A stretch of DNA of 64,000 nucleotides from Minisyncoccota bacterium (GTDB lineage: Bacteria > Patescibacteriota > Minisyncoccia > Phycocordibacterales > JAQTLZ01). Each line of letters begins with the position of its first letter. The first letter of the stretch is position 1. The translations under genes and the position numbers were made by a program. Location of the stretch: assembly GCA_028714635.1 (NCBI GenBank), contig JAQTLZ010000003.1:21237-85236 (forward strand). The letters are read 5' to 3'. Below the pieces are notes generated by a model. It was not told where the DNA came from and ran no database searches. It saw only the letters and a program-made list of their open reading frames with translations. This document shows positions 26,948-35,975 of this stretch, in pieces.

Positions 26948-27913
26948 TTATGAGATGAGCTTTTTAAATTCTTCTACCATCGGGACCTGTTCCGCTTCTA
27001 CTCCATACAACATTGCCGTGTGATATGCGGTCCAATCGGCAAGTAAAAGCGAACTGAAAACTTTCTCGCTTCTCGTCGCACCGGAAAGCGGATATTCATA
27101 TACAACAATTCCGCGGTCTTCATACAGTTTTTTTGTGACCTTAAATCGCTTGCGGTTTTGCGGATGGTCAGCATCATCAGACAAAAAGAGAAAGACGAAT
27201 TTTTCAGAGAGCGATTTCGTCTTTCCCGCTCGATCAAATCCTGTCATCTCATTATGATTCAATTCCGGAAAAACGTTGCAAAATGAGGGTATTTTACCCG
27301 TTTCGTTGAGTTTTATTTTCCAGTTGTAAGCAACGGACATATTCTTGTCAGAGGCATAAATAACAGGCACTGACCCAGAAAGTTTTTTCGCTAACTCTTT
27401 CCCTTTTGTTTCGAGAGCCTTCGGATCAAGCTTTGTCGCGAGAGTATTGAGTTCTTTGAGCAATTTTTTATTCCCCAAAAGCGTGACGAGAGCAAGCAAA
27501 GAAAAACCAAGAGCGCTTCTTGGTTGAATTCCAGTGTCCGGCAAAACAATTCTCGGAATATCATTTTTCTCAGCAAATTGGATGAGCTTTCCCCCGACAG
27601 CTATGACCGCAAGATTCAAACCCTTGTCGAAGGCGGTCTTTGCGAAATCAATTGTTTCTTCTGTGTTTCCAGAATAGGAAGATGCAATATAGAGAGTCTC
27701 GCTTCTTTGAGCTTCAGTATAAAAAGGCAATCCATAATTTCTATGAATCGTTATGGGAATTTCAACATCGAGCGCAGATAAAAGATCCGCCGAAAGATGC
27801 GAACCTCCCATTCCCCCTACTACTACCTGTCCAAACACCTGTAATTTATCCTCATCCTCTATCTTTGGCTTCCAAGCAAACTGTTTTGCAAAATCTCGAA
27901 TTGCTTTGTCCAT
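26948..27913 (-). CDS. Bifunctional phosphoglucose/phosphomannose isomerase (SIS domain, archaeal type)
   Basis: VVVGGMGGSHLSADLL and SSYSGNTEET, with SIS-domain architecture and a length of about 320 aa. Confidence 0.6.
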   Translation of the reverse strand: MDKAIRDFAKQFAWKPKIEDEDKLQVFGQVVVGGMGGSHLSADLLSALDVEIPITIHRNYGLPFYTEAQRSETLYIASSYSGNTEETIDFAKTAFDKGLNLAVIAVGGKLIQFAEKNDIPRIVLPDTGIQPRSALGFSLLALVTLLGNKKLLKELNTLATKLDPKALETKGKELAKKLSGSVPVIYASDKNMSVAYNWKIKLNETGKIPSFCNVFPELNHNEMTGFDRAGKTKSLSEKFVFLFLSDDADHPQNRKRFKVTKKLYEDRGIVVYEYPLSGATRSEKVFSSLLLADWTAYHTAMLYGVEAEQVPMVEEFKKLIS

Positions 27914-27917
27914 GTTT

Positions 27918-28859
27918 TTAATGATTATTTTTTACCTGCCCCGTAGTCAGCTTCGCTGTACTACTGGGGTTTTCTATCGAATGCCCGCCGAATTGGTTTC
28001 GGAGCGCTGAAAGAATTTTACCAATATAGCTCGGTGTAGTTCCAGATTCAACTCGGAATTTGAATGAGTCTTCAATCACTTTCGCAGGAATTCCTAATTC
28101 TTTCCCTGCATTTACCGTCCACTCACCTTCTCCGGTATGAGAGACAGTGCCGGAAACTTCAGCCAAGTTTTTCCCGAATTTTCTATACGCATCTGAAAGC
28201 CAGCCGACAAGACGTGATTCGATGACAGAGTGATGATTATAGATTTCAGTCACCTTCAAAAGATCGAGATCAAATTCTGATTTTTCAAGAATTGCAAAAC
28301 CTTCCGCAAGCGATTGCATCATGCCGTATTCGATTCCGTTATGCACCATTTTTGTAAAATGCCCTGCTCCCGCTTTTCCTAAATATGCATAGGCTTCCGG
28401 TGCAGCAATATCTTTGAATAAATCTTCATGTTTTTTAAATACTTCTTCCTCCCCGCCGATCATAAGGCAAGCTCCTTCGCGGGCTCCTTTTGGCCCGCCT
28501 GATGTTCCAATATCAAGAAAATGAATCTCTTTCGAAGCGAGATCTTTCGCTCTTCGCATCGAATCTTTATAAAAAGAATTTCCGCCATCAATAATCGTAT
28601 CGCCCTTTTCGAGAAACCCGATAAATTCGGAAATGACAGAATCGACAACGTTATTCGGAACCATGACCCAAACAGTGCGAGGAGTAGGAAGTTCGGCAAG
28701 AAGCGCTTCATACGAGTCGGCTACGCGTAAACCAGCCTTTTTGCCCTCAAGACGAGGTTCTGGACTTCGATTATACGCAATAACGTCCTGTTTCTTCTCG
28801 TGCAGGCGTAAAACCATATTCATTCCCATTTTTCCAAGTCCGATATATCCGAGTTTCAT
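27918..28859 (-). CDS. gnd: Decarboxylating 6-phosphogluconate dehydrogenase, short (YqeC/Gnd-like) form
   Basis: MKLGYIGLGKMGMNMV Rossmann start, and HTGEGEWT in the C-terminal 6PGD domain. Confidence 0.65.
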   Translation of the reverse strand: MKLGYIGLGKMGMNMVLRLHEKKQDVIAYNRSPEPRLEGKKAGLRVADSYEALLAELPTPRTVWVMVPNNVVDSVISEFIGFLEKGDTIIDGGNSFYKDSMRRAKDLASKEIHFLDIGTSGGPKGAREGACLMIGGEEEVFKKHEDLFKDIAAPEAYAYLGKAGAGHFTKMVHNGIEYGMMQSLAEGFAILEKSEFDLDLLKVTEIYNHHSVIESRLVGWLSDAYRKFGKNLAEVSGTVSHTGEGEWTVNAGKELGIPAKVIEDSFKFRVESGTTPSYIGKILSALRNQFGGHSIENPSSTAKLTTGQVKNNH

Positions 28860-28866
28860 ATGTGTA

Positions 28867-29442
28867 TTATAGCAGTAATTTTCTTCTTGTAACTAACAGA
28901 AGAACAAAAAAGCCATTCGAGAAAAGAAGAGTGCCCAAATAAAGAGTCGTTGTGATTGAATAGTGTGAAAGAGCAAATATATCAAAAACAACCGCAAGCG
29001 CGCTCATAAAATAGGTTGAAATTGTTTCTGTGAAAGGTTCTTCATATCCTTTTCTATAAGTAGGCAAAAACCCAACAAAATCTATTATCGAGATCAAGAT
29101 TACTGAATGGAGAGCGTTCTTCTCGAACAACCAGATACCTATTGCAATGAGAGAACCGACCAGACATATTGTGTCAAATTTTGTTATATTTTTTGTTCCA
29201 TATTTCAAAGAAAGGAGAAACATGCAAGTACACAGAAATGCTCCTATACCGAGTCCTAATACTCCATAACCACCGCGATCACTCAAAATAGCTAGTACGC
29301 CGACAGATTGTAAGATACTCCATACAAGCCAGGAGTAAGAATGGGGATTGGTCTTTTTTAAAAACACATCCCGAAAATAAGGCGCAAAACAAGCAATAGA
29401 AAAGATACTTGCCACTATTCCAAATAAAAGTTTTATAGACAT
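28867..29442 (-). CDS. Hypothetical polytopic membrane protein (about 6 TM)
   Basis: Hydrophobicity pattern only. Tightly packed inside the minus-strand operon. Confidence 0.4.
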   Translation of the reverse strand: MSIKLLFGIVASIFSIACFAPYFRDVFLKKTNPHSYSWLVWSILQSVGVLAILSDRGGYGVLGLGIGAFLCTCMFLLSLKYGTKNITKFDTICLVGSLIAIGIWLFEKNALHSVILISIIDFVGFLPTYRKGYEEPFTETISTYFMSALAVVFDIFALSHYSITTTLYLGTLLFSNGFFVLLLVTRRKLLL

Positions 29443-29443
29443 A

Positions 29444-30433
29444 TCATTTAAAAATCACCTTCGCAGCATCCCAAAATTCAGGATGGCCGTTTTGCTTCAT
29501 GTAGTACCACCATTCTACTCCCCAGAGATATTGCTCGCCGAAGCTCGTAGTTTTTGCAAAAGTAATAATTGAATTAAATTTGGCGATGTCCATTCGTGAA
29601 AGCTGAAGGTCAATTGGGGCATCTTTTATCGGCGTTAAAAGCCACGGCTCGAGGGAAAGTTCGCTTAAAATATTTTTCTTCTTGCCAAAAACAAGGTCCG
29701 CAATATTTTGCCTTATCCGATAGTATGCCGGGGTAATTGGATATCTGAATTGCCCGAACGTCTGATTCCAGGCATAGAGGTATAAACTCGAGCCAAAGAC
29801 ATCACCATCTCGTTTGGCGCCCCACCACGTCCCGAGCTCTCCGCTATCCGTCAAAAGCACAGGATGAGCGGGATCAAGTTTTTTGACCAGTTCGATCTCT
29901 TTCTTCAAAAAAGATTCGTCAAACGGCTTGCACCATTCTTTGGCGTAGATAGTAAAGAAGGGTTCATTCTCAACCTGCCAATAGGTAATGTTGCCGTAAT
30001 TTTTATAACGATTAACGGTTTTTTCAATGTATTCCAAGAGTTTCCTCTCCCCCGTTTCTTTATCCAAAGACCATTCCCACTCTGGCGCATGACACTCCGG
30101 CCAGACAGGAAGCCTGCGACCAACCGAAAAAATAACAGACGCTCCTGCGCGTTTTGCTTCGCTCATTTGGAAATCCATATTTGAATAATCAAAAACACCG
30201 TCTTTCGGTTCGATATCCTGCCAATACGCAGACAACCGCAGATTTTTTACTTGCAGATCCTGGAGCATTGCCTCGTAGACCGCTTTCCAGTCTAAGCCGA
30301 GCTCAAGCGCATGAAGCGTGCTAAAAGAAACACCGTAGGTAATTTTTTCTGGCACAGCACGAAAAGAGAGAAATACGAAAATCAATACGAGAGCTAAAAT
30401 AATCCAAAAGAGATATTTTAATAAACGTCTCAT
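29444..30433 (-). CDS. Clan GH-A glycoside hydrolase (GH5-like) with a signal anchor
   Basis: WQVENEP contains the NEP catalytic acid/base motif, on a (beta/alpha)8-like protein of appropriate length with an N-terminal TM. Family assignment is tentative. Confidence 0.5.
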   Translation of the reverse strand: MRRLLKYLFWIILALVLIFVFLSFRAVPEKITYGVSFSTLHALELGLDWKAVYEAMLQDLQVKNLRLSAYWQDIEPKDGVFDYSNMDFQMSEAKRAGASVIFSVGRRLPVWPECHAPEWEWSLDKETGERKLLEYIEKTVNRYKNYGNITYWQVENEPFFTIYAKEWCKPFDESFLKKEIELVKKLDPAHPVLLTDSGELGTWWGAKRDGDVFGSSLYLYAWNQTFGQFRYPITPAYYRIRQNIADLVFGKKKNILSELSLEPWLLTPIKDAPIDLQLSRMDIAKFNSIITFAKTTSFGEQYLWGVEWWYYMKQNGHPEFWDAAKVIFK

Positions 30434-30568
30434 CCCGTAGTGAAAAATGGCATCGCTCCTCTGGAGCAGTTATGCTTCTTTTCTAATTAAAGCTGATAGG
30501 TTCGACTTTTGCATATATATCTATATGATTTCAACTTCTCCAATGCCATTTTCTACTACGGGACTCAT
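30429..30568. repeat. MITE-like element copy 1: 26-bp terminal inverted repeats (CCCGTAGTGAAAAATGGCATCGCTCC ... GGAG-ATGCCATTTTCTACTACGGGA) around an AT-rich ~90-bp core, flanked by the direct repeat CTCAT
   Basis: IR-L at 30434..30459 and IR-R at 30538..30563. CTCAT sits at 30429..30433 and 30564..30568. The left CAT is the start codon of the GH5-like gene. Confidence 0.6.
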
Positions 30569-30571
30569 AGC

Positions 30572-31465
30572 CTAGTGGATAAAAAGGAGCATAAAACCGG
30601 CAACAATAAAAGACACCGATATGACTTTATGAAATATTTCGTATGAATACTTCGGACTGTATACGAATTCCGAAAATCTCTTCCCAAATAAAAATCCAAA
30701 AAGAAGCAGAAAGACATATTGAAGCCCCACAAGAGCGTTCACGAGAGATGCACTCGAGAGCTTGATAGTGTAGAGAATAAGAACAGCAGCCACTCCAGCA
30801 AGCACTTTGCCGAGCACCACCATGGCTTTCGTTCCGGAACTCGACTGCCTGAATCCTTCTTTTATAAGCCGGAGATTGTTCGGCCAGAAGAAAAGAGTGA
30901 GTGCTCCGAAAACATTGCCAATACGCGACCAGAAAAACCCATTGATGAAAGTGGTATCGGCAAGCACTATTTTTACAAACACAGACGAAAGCCCGAGAGC
31001 GAGGCCGGAAGCGAAAATATAAAAAAAGATCTTCGGCTTGAAACTAAAATGCGAAGTGAGAAGCGTCCCGAGGATGAGGAAGAAGGAAGAAAGAAGAAAT
31101 GAGCTCGGCAAACTTTCTTTCAGAATGAAAAAAGAAAAAATAAAAGTCGAGATCGCTATCGCCGCGCCGACTACGGGCACCACATCCGCAGGATCTTTGA
31201 CGCGCCGAAGAGCCTTGTACAGATACACGATCGCCTGGATATAGGTGACGCCGGAAAGAAGAGCGAGAATAGTAATTTTCGTGCTTGGAAAAAAGATCTT
31301 TCCAGTGGGGATAAGAACAAGCACGATGGACGAGAGTGCGCCGACAAAAAAAGCGTAGACAACTGAATGAGGAAATTTCTTCGTCACCAAATACTTATCG
31401 AAGAGGACGACGAGAGCGTTCAAGAGCTCCGCACAAACGACTAAAAGAATCCAGAGATAAGCCAT
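30572..31465 (-). CDS. EamA/DMT-family transporter (10 TM)
   Basis: Two repeated 5-TM halves with EamA-like Gly-rich segments. Confidence 0.65.
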   Translation of the reverse strand: MAYLWILLVVCAELLNALVVLFDKYLVTKKFPHSVVYAFFVGALSSIVLVLIPTGKIFFPSTKITILALLSGVTYIQAIVYLYKALRRVKDPADVVPVVGAAIAISTFIFSFFILKESLPSSFLLSSFFLILGTLLTSHFSFKPKIFFYIFASGLALGLSSVFVKIVLADTTFINGFFWSRIGNVFGALTLFFWPNNLRLIKEGFRQSSSGTKAMVVLGKVLAGVAAVLILYTIKLSSASLVNALVGLQYVFLLLFGFLFGKRFSEFVYSPKYSYEIFHKVISVSFIVAGFMLLFIH

Positions 31466-31469
31466 AGGT

Positions 31470-32642
31470 TTAGGAAATACTATTCATCTCGCATATTTTC
31501 TTATACAACAGGGCTGAGGGGCGAATCGTCCTCTCCATTGTATCATAATTTATTTTCACCAAGCCGAAACGTTTCGTAAATCCTTCCGCCCATTCGTAGT
31601 TGTCGAGAAGCGACCAGTAGAAAAATCCCCGGACATCTGCCCCGCCCTGTATCGCTTGGTGCACCGCAACTAGGTGATCTTTGATGAATTTCCCCCTCTG
31701 ACTGTCATTCGCGTCTGCAATGCCGTTTTCTGTTATATAGAGCGGTTTTTTATATTCTTTGAGCTCTAAAAGCACATTTCGAAGTCCATCTGGATAAATA
31801 GTCCAGCCCATGTCAGTTCGGGGCAGATTTTCAAGCTTTCCAAATGCAATGTGTCGATAGTAATTGACGCCGATGAAATCCTGGCACTCCCGAATACCCT
31901 TCAGAAATTTATGATTCCAGAATTTTCGGGAGAAATTTGCCCGCACATCATTCCACCATCCTCCGCCAGAGCCGAAATCCATATTCTGTTTTGCAATCCC
32001 GATCTGGATCGAAGGATTTTTCTTTTTCATTTCGATGTATGCAAACCGGTGAGATTTCATTAAAATTTTAAGCGCTTTCCAATATTTTAGAATGTCTCTT
32101 TTGAATGGTGGCCAGCCTCCGCGAAGATATCCGTTCCCAAGCCAGACCATGGGCTCGTTCATGGTCATCCAAAATTTCGCTTCGCTTCCGAGTTTCTCTG
32201 CAACATACGCACAGTATCGCCCGAAAATCTCAGGCGCTTTTTTATTTTCAAATCCACCCTTGTCCCGAAACCAAATCGGCAGAGTAAAATGCCAGAGCGT
32301 CACAAACGGCTCTAGCCCCCGAGCTTTCAGTACATGAAGCACCTTTCGATAATGCTCGATTTCTCTATCATCAAATTTTCCTTCTTCGGGTTCAATACGA
32401 GCCCACTCTATAGAGAATCTATGCGTGTTTTGGGAGAGTGATTTCGCAATATCAAAATCTTTTTCGTACAAATTATAGTGGTCACAAGCCTTGCCAGTGA
32501 TAGGAACCTTTTTCTTTCGTCCAGCTTCGGCCCAATCAACATTTTCAATTCCTCCTTCTACCTGATAAGAAGCCGTCGCACTTCCCCACAAAAACCCTTT
32601 CGGGAATTCGAGTGCATTTCGAGCAGAAACATTTTTTTTCAT
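31470..32642 (-). CDS. Beta-glucosidase, glycoside hydrolase family 1
   Basis: FPKGFLWGSATASYQVEGG N-terminal signature, TMNEP acid/base and YITENGIA nucleophile motifs. Confidence 0.9.
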   Translation of the reverse strand: MKKNVSARNALEFPKGFLWGSATASYQVEGGIENVDWAEAGRKKKVPITGKACDHYNLYEKDFDIAKSLSQNTHRFSIEWARIEPEEGKFDDREIEHYRKVLHVLKARGLEPFVTLWHFTLPIWFRDKGGFENKKAPEIFGRYCAYVAEKLGSEAKFWMTMNEPMVWLGNGYLRGGWPPFKRDILKYWKALKILMKSHRFAYIEMKKKNPSIQIGIAKQNMDFGSGGGWWNDVRANFSRKFWNHKFLKGIRECQDFIGVNYYRHIAFGKLENLPRTDMGWTIYPDGLRNVLLELKEYKKPLYITENGIADANDSQRGKFIKDHLVAVHQAIQGGADVRGFFYWSLLDNYEWAEGFTKRFGLVKINYDTMERTIRPSALLYKKICEMNSIS

Positions 32643-32794
32643 CCCGTAGTGAAAAATGGCATTATTTGCTCGCCATTTCTATAGTTAAGCGAATAATTGA
32701 TAAGTATGTATTGTAAATCATTTTAATGTATCTCTATCTAAAATCACAAATCTCGCAAATGGGGAGCGATGCCATTTTCTACTACAGGATTCAT
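32638..32794. repeat. MITE-like element copy 2: the same terminal inverted repeats as copy 1, flanked by the direct repeat TTCAT
   Basis: IR-L at 32643..32662 (CCCGTAGTGAAAAATGGCAT) and IR-R at 32763..32789 (GGAGCGATGCCATTTTCTACTACAGGA). TTCAT sits at 32638..32642 and 32790..32794. The left CAT is the start codon of the GH1 gene. Confidence 0.6.
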
Positions 32795-32890
32795 AGAAAG
32801 ATTATAACAGAAATCTGTTTAGACACAGGGAAGAAAAACCTTGACCAAAGCCATAATTTTCATTATTATGTGCGCCTAGTTCTTTAGCAT

Positions 32891-32940
32891 TTTCGTCATA
32901 GCAGAAAGGCGCTTTAGGGCTCTTTTCTGCTATGACGAAA
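32891..32940. promoter_or_regulatory. Perfect 17-bp palindrome (TTTCGTCATAGCAGAAA-16 nt-TTTCTGCTATGACGAAA) 51 nt upstream of the xylose-isomerase-like gene
   Basis: Arms at 32891..32907 and 32924..32940. Candidate operator or 5'UTR hairpin. Confidence 0.5.
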
Positions 32941-32990
32941 CCATTGTGGATTTTGTCAGAGGCAAGGGAAAGGTAGAGGAGGAACGAAGT

Positions 32991-34298
32991 ATGACGCAGG
33001 AAAGAATAGTCAGACCGCAAAGAGTCTCACACTTTGCGTGCCAGTCGGTCTTTTTGACCCTAGGCAAGCAGGGAGGATTCAAGACGCTCGACGATTTCCT
33101 GAAGTTCGCGAAGAACGACTGCGGATTCGAAGCCGTCAGCATCCCGACCTGCCCGCCGCTCATCGACATGGCTCAAGCGAGCAAAAGCAAGAGCTACTGC
33201 GCCGATCTGCTCGGCAAGTACGAGAAACACGGCCTTCCGCTTCTGCGCCTCGAAGGCCATACGTCCACACAGTGCGTATGTCTCGATCCGTCACGAAAGC
33301 TGAAGTTCGGCCACTTCATGAGCCCGAAGTTCCGGAAGTTGAAGCATCGCCAAATCGAAAAGCTGGCCGTCAAGGAAGTCAAGAAAGCGATCGATGTGAC
33401 GGCGGCACTGGGTCTCAAACATCTCGTCGCGTTCTGCGGTGGGCGTTCGTTCGCCGTGGCACAAGCGAAATGGGCGGCGTGGCCGAAGTATTTCGCGGCC
33501 TGGTCGCTCGCGCTTCTGGCGTACAAATGGAACGACATCCTGGAATACGCGGCGGAGCGCGGCGTGATCCTCATGTTCGAGATCGGACATCCGGAAAACG
33601 ATCTCCTGACTGCACAAAACTGCATCGACTTCCGCAAGATGCTTACTCCGAAGGCCCGCAAAGCGTTCGGCGTGAACGCGGATCGGTCGCATTTCCGGAA
33701 CGTCGGGACAGATGAGTTGAATCACTTCCGACGCATATTGAAAGATGGGATCCCGATCACCAATCATTACAAGGACGGGATCTACGTCGATCGCGGAGAT
33801 GGAACGGCTTCGCCCTATGGCGGACTCGAGCCGTGGAGCAATTCCGCGGGGACGTTTGCCACAATCGGTATCGTCGGTGACGAGACGGCCCTGCAGGAGT
33901 ACAACGGGCTGATGGCAGAAGCCCACGCAACACAAGAAGGTGGAGTGGACATACACCACGAAGCCGAATGTGTGTTCATCCCTAACCCGAAACAGGGGAT
34001 GATCGTCGGGGCGCACAACTGCCGCGCACTCCGCGATGAAACACCGCTCATCCGGTTCAATAACGTAGCACCGGATACTGATCTCACTCCGTTCTCTACT
34101 ATGGGACGACGCGAACTCGTAGGCGCAGACGGAGCGCCGATGGTTTTGAAGCGGTGGGGCGGTGGGCCATTCGACAAGTTCGCTGATATCCCGGTTTCCG
34201 CACCGGAGCTTCTGTCGCTCTTGGCCGATGAACGGGATGGCTGTGTGGCAATCCTGGAACGAGCAGGATACACAGAGGCTGCCGCAATCAGAAACTAA
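32991..34298 (+). CDS. Xylose-isomerase-like TIM-barrel sugar isomerase (possibly a divergent xylose isomerase), GC-rich foreign gene
   Basis: 435 aa, with VAFCGGRSF (compare WGGREG) and ILMFEIGHPEN (compare FLIEPKP) motifs. GC is ~65% against ~42% in the flanks, and it has a strong SD GGAGGAGGAA 7 nt before ATG 32991 that is unique in the window. The track ORF begins earlier at 32946. Confidence 0.5.
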   Translation: MTQERIVRPQRVSHFACQSVFLTLGKQGGFKTLDDFLKFAKNDCGFEAVSIPTCPPLIDMAQASKSKSYCADLLGKYEKHGLPLLRLEGHTSTQCVCLDPSRKLKFGHFMSPKFRKLKHRQIEKLAVKEVKKAIDVTAALGLKHLVAFCGGRSFAVAQAKWAAWPKYFAAWSLALLAYKWNDILEYAAERGVILMFEIGHPENDLLTAQNCIDFRKMLTPKARKAFGVNADRSHFRNVGTDELNHFRRILKDGIPITNHYKDGIYVDRGDGTASPYGGLEPWSNSAGTFATIGIVGDETALQEYNGLMAEAHATQEGGVDIHHEAECVFIPNPKQGMIVGAHNCRALRDETPLIRFNNVAPDTDLTPFSTMGRRELVGADGAPMVLKRWGGGPFDKFADIPVSAPELLSLLADERDGCVAILERAGYTEAAAIRN

Positions 34299-34327
34299 AT
34301 CACGCTTGTTGCAAATATCGCAACAAG

Positions 34328-34365
34328 GACCACTGGGAAACACTCCCGGTGGTCTTTTATTTTTA
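34328..34365 (+). terminator. Intrinsic terminator after the isomerase gene, with an adjacent second hairpin at 34306..34328
   Basis: GACCACTGGG-AAACACT-CCCGGTGGTC 10-bp stem followed by TTTTATTTTTAT. Confidence 0.7.
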
Positions 34366-34371
34366 TCCCAA

Positions 34372-35664
34372 CTAATACTCAAGAGCCTGCTCCATCTTTT
34401 TTTCCGCAAGAATCTGTGGGATTCCATACGCAAGACGGTTCAAGGTAATAATTTTATCTTTTATACGTGAAGCATATTTTTCCGATTCAGGAGGAAGGCC
34501 GATGCCAGAGAAAGCAGTGCTCGTCTTTCCATCAATCATAAGTTTTATATAAAAATGAAAGCGAGGAAGCCCCAGAAAATCATCGACGGTCATCGGCTCA
34601 AATTCTTTCTCCAAAATCTCCGCGTCCTCAGCGCCAACTTCAAATGCAAGCATTGTGCCGATATTTCCAAGCACAGCTTTTTTTATCGTCTCCGGAAGTT
34701 GCGCTAAATACTGATTGGTAATGTGAATTCCCAAAGCATATTTTCGAGATTCACTCAGGAGGCTCGTGAATGTCTCAGTCGTGAAATTTTGAAACTCATC
34801 GACGTAAAGATAGAACGGCACGCGCCTATTTGCAGATTCATTTGCACGTCTTTGTATCGCGCCCTGAAGACGCGAAATGAGAATGAGACCGAGCATATGT
34901 GCATTTATATCCCCGATTTTTCCTTTTGAGAGATTCACCAAGAGAATTTTATTGCTGTTCATCAAGGCGTCAAAATTGAAACTGCTGGTGCGCTGACCAA
35001 TGATATTTCGCATCAGTTTATTGTTCATAAAATGCCCGAATTTCGAGAGGAAATAGTTGAGCATTTCACTCTTGTGAAAATCCGAAGTCTTCGCCATTTG
35101 TTTCGTCCAGAAATCAATAACCGTTCCGTCTTTCAATTCTTTCCGCTTCTTCATCTCAAATTCTTTATCCACGAAAAGCTTTGGAATTTCAAGAAGACTT
35201 CCCCCTTCCGGCCCCGCCATTACAGTCAAAGCAGCGTTTCGAAGCCAATGCTCGAATTGAGGCCCGATGATTCCAGTCTTTTCCGGGTCAAATAATTTAT
35301 AAAATATTTGGATGCATTCCCCCACCAAAAAATCTTTTTCTTGATCATCCCGTGCTTCCAAGAGATTTAATCCAAAAGGAAATTCCGTATCACTCGGATC
35401 AAAAAGGATAACATCTTCAAGCCTCTCTTTCGGAATATGTGAAAGAAGCCAATCAACGGATTCTCCGTGGGGATCAATAAAACAAACCCCATGACCCTCT
35501 TTTATATCTTGGAGACACATATTTTGGAAAACGGTTGACTTTCCAACTCCAGTCTTCCCGATCATATACATATGTCGAAGACGATCTTTCTCATTCATCC
35601 CGATGAGAGTGCGTCTGCCGTGATATTCATTTGCTCCGATGGTGATAAATGACATATTATTCAA
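34372..35664 (-). CDS. VirD4/TraG/TraD-like (DUF87/HerA-type) P-loop NTPase with no TM domain
   Basis: Walker A MYMIGKTGVGKST, Walker B-like FYLYVDEFQNF and a C-terminal TraD/TrwB-like segment. It is the last gene of a four-gene minus-strand operon. Confidence 0.5.
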   Translation of the reverse strand: MNNMSFITIGANEYHGRRTLIGMNEKDRLRHMYMIGKTGVGKSTVFQNMCLQDIKEGHGVCFIDPHGESVDWLLSHIPKERLEDVILFDPSDTEFPFGLNLLEARDDQEKDFLVGECIQIFYKLFDPEKTGIIGPQFEHWLRNAALTVMAGPEGGSLLEIPKLFVDKEFEMKKRKELKDGTVIDFWTKQMAKTSDFHKSEMLNYFLSKFGHFMNNKLMRNIIGQRTSSFNFDALMNSNKILLVNLSKGKIGDINAHMLGLILISRLQGAIQRRANESANRRVPFYLYVDEFQNFTTETFTSLLSESRKYALGIHITNQYLAQLPETIKKAVLGNIGTMLAFEVGAEDAEILEKEFEPMTVDDFLGLPRFHFYIKLMIDGKTSTAFSGIGLPPESEKYASRIKDKIITLNRLAYGIPQILAEKKMEQALEY

Positions 35665-35974
35665 AAAAAGTTAGGTCGAGCGTTTTTTCTGTAAAATAAT
35701 TCTCGTCCAATACTCGTTTTCGATTTTTCTTTGCTTCTTGAAGCTCTTTTTCTTTTTGGATGATAAGAGCAAATTCTTTTGCTTCCCGGCTTATCTTCTC
35801 GATAAGCGATTTCTGAAGAGGAATGGAAATATACTCGGAAAGCGAAGAAAGCATTTCTGTTTGCCGTGTATGCATTTTTTCAAATGAAGGAAATGCGAGG
35901 AGTTTCTCATCGATTTTTGCCTCCACCGAGCTCATCCCCAATTCCACTGAATGTAATTTTTCGTTTTTTCTCAT
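35657..35974 (-). CDS. Small (106 aa) coiled-coil hypothetical protein
   Basis: Start chosen at ATG 35974, 1 nt after the Clp-like stop, with an 8-nt overlap onto the downstream ATPase gene. K/E-rich heptad character. Confidence 0.35.
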   Translation of the reverse strand: MRKNEKLHSVELGMSSVEAKIDEKLLAFPSFEKMHTRQTEMLSSLSEYISIPLQKSLIEKISREAKEFALIIQKEKELQEAKKNRKRVLDENYFTEKTLDLTFFE

Positions 35975-35975
35975 A

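Noticed and set aside
30461-30472. tRNA-like T-loop sequence GGTTCGACT inside MITE-like element 1
   Set aside because: There are no flanking acceptor, D or anticodon stems compatible with a cloverleaf.
32946-32990. Upstream ATG 32946 as the start of the isomerase gene (track ORF 32946..34298)
   Set aside because: ATG 32991 is preceded by a strong SD at the optimal distance of 7 nt, and the 17-bp palindrome would lie inside the extended coding region.
33038-34433. Long antisense ORFs (33291..34433, 380 aa; 33038..33715; 33194..33661) overlapping the isomerase gene
   Set aside because: This is the typical artefact of a high-GC coding region, which has few stop codons in any frame. The plus-strand ORF has the SD, family motifs and terminator.
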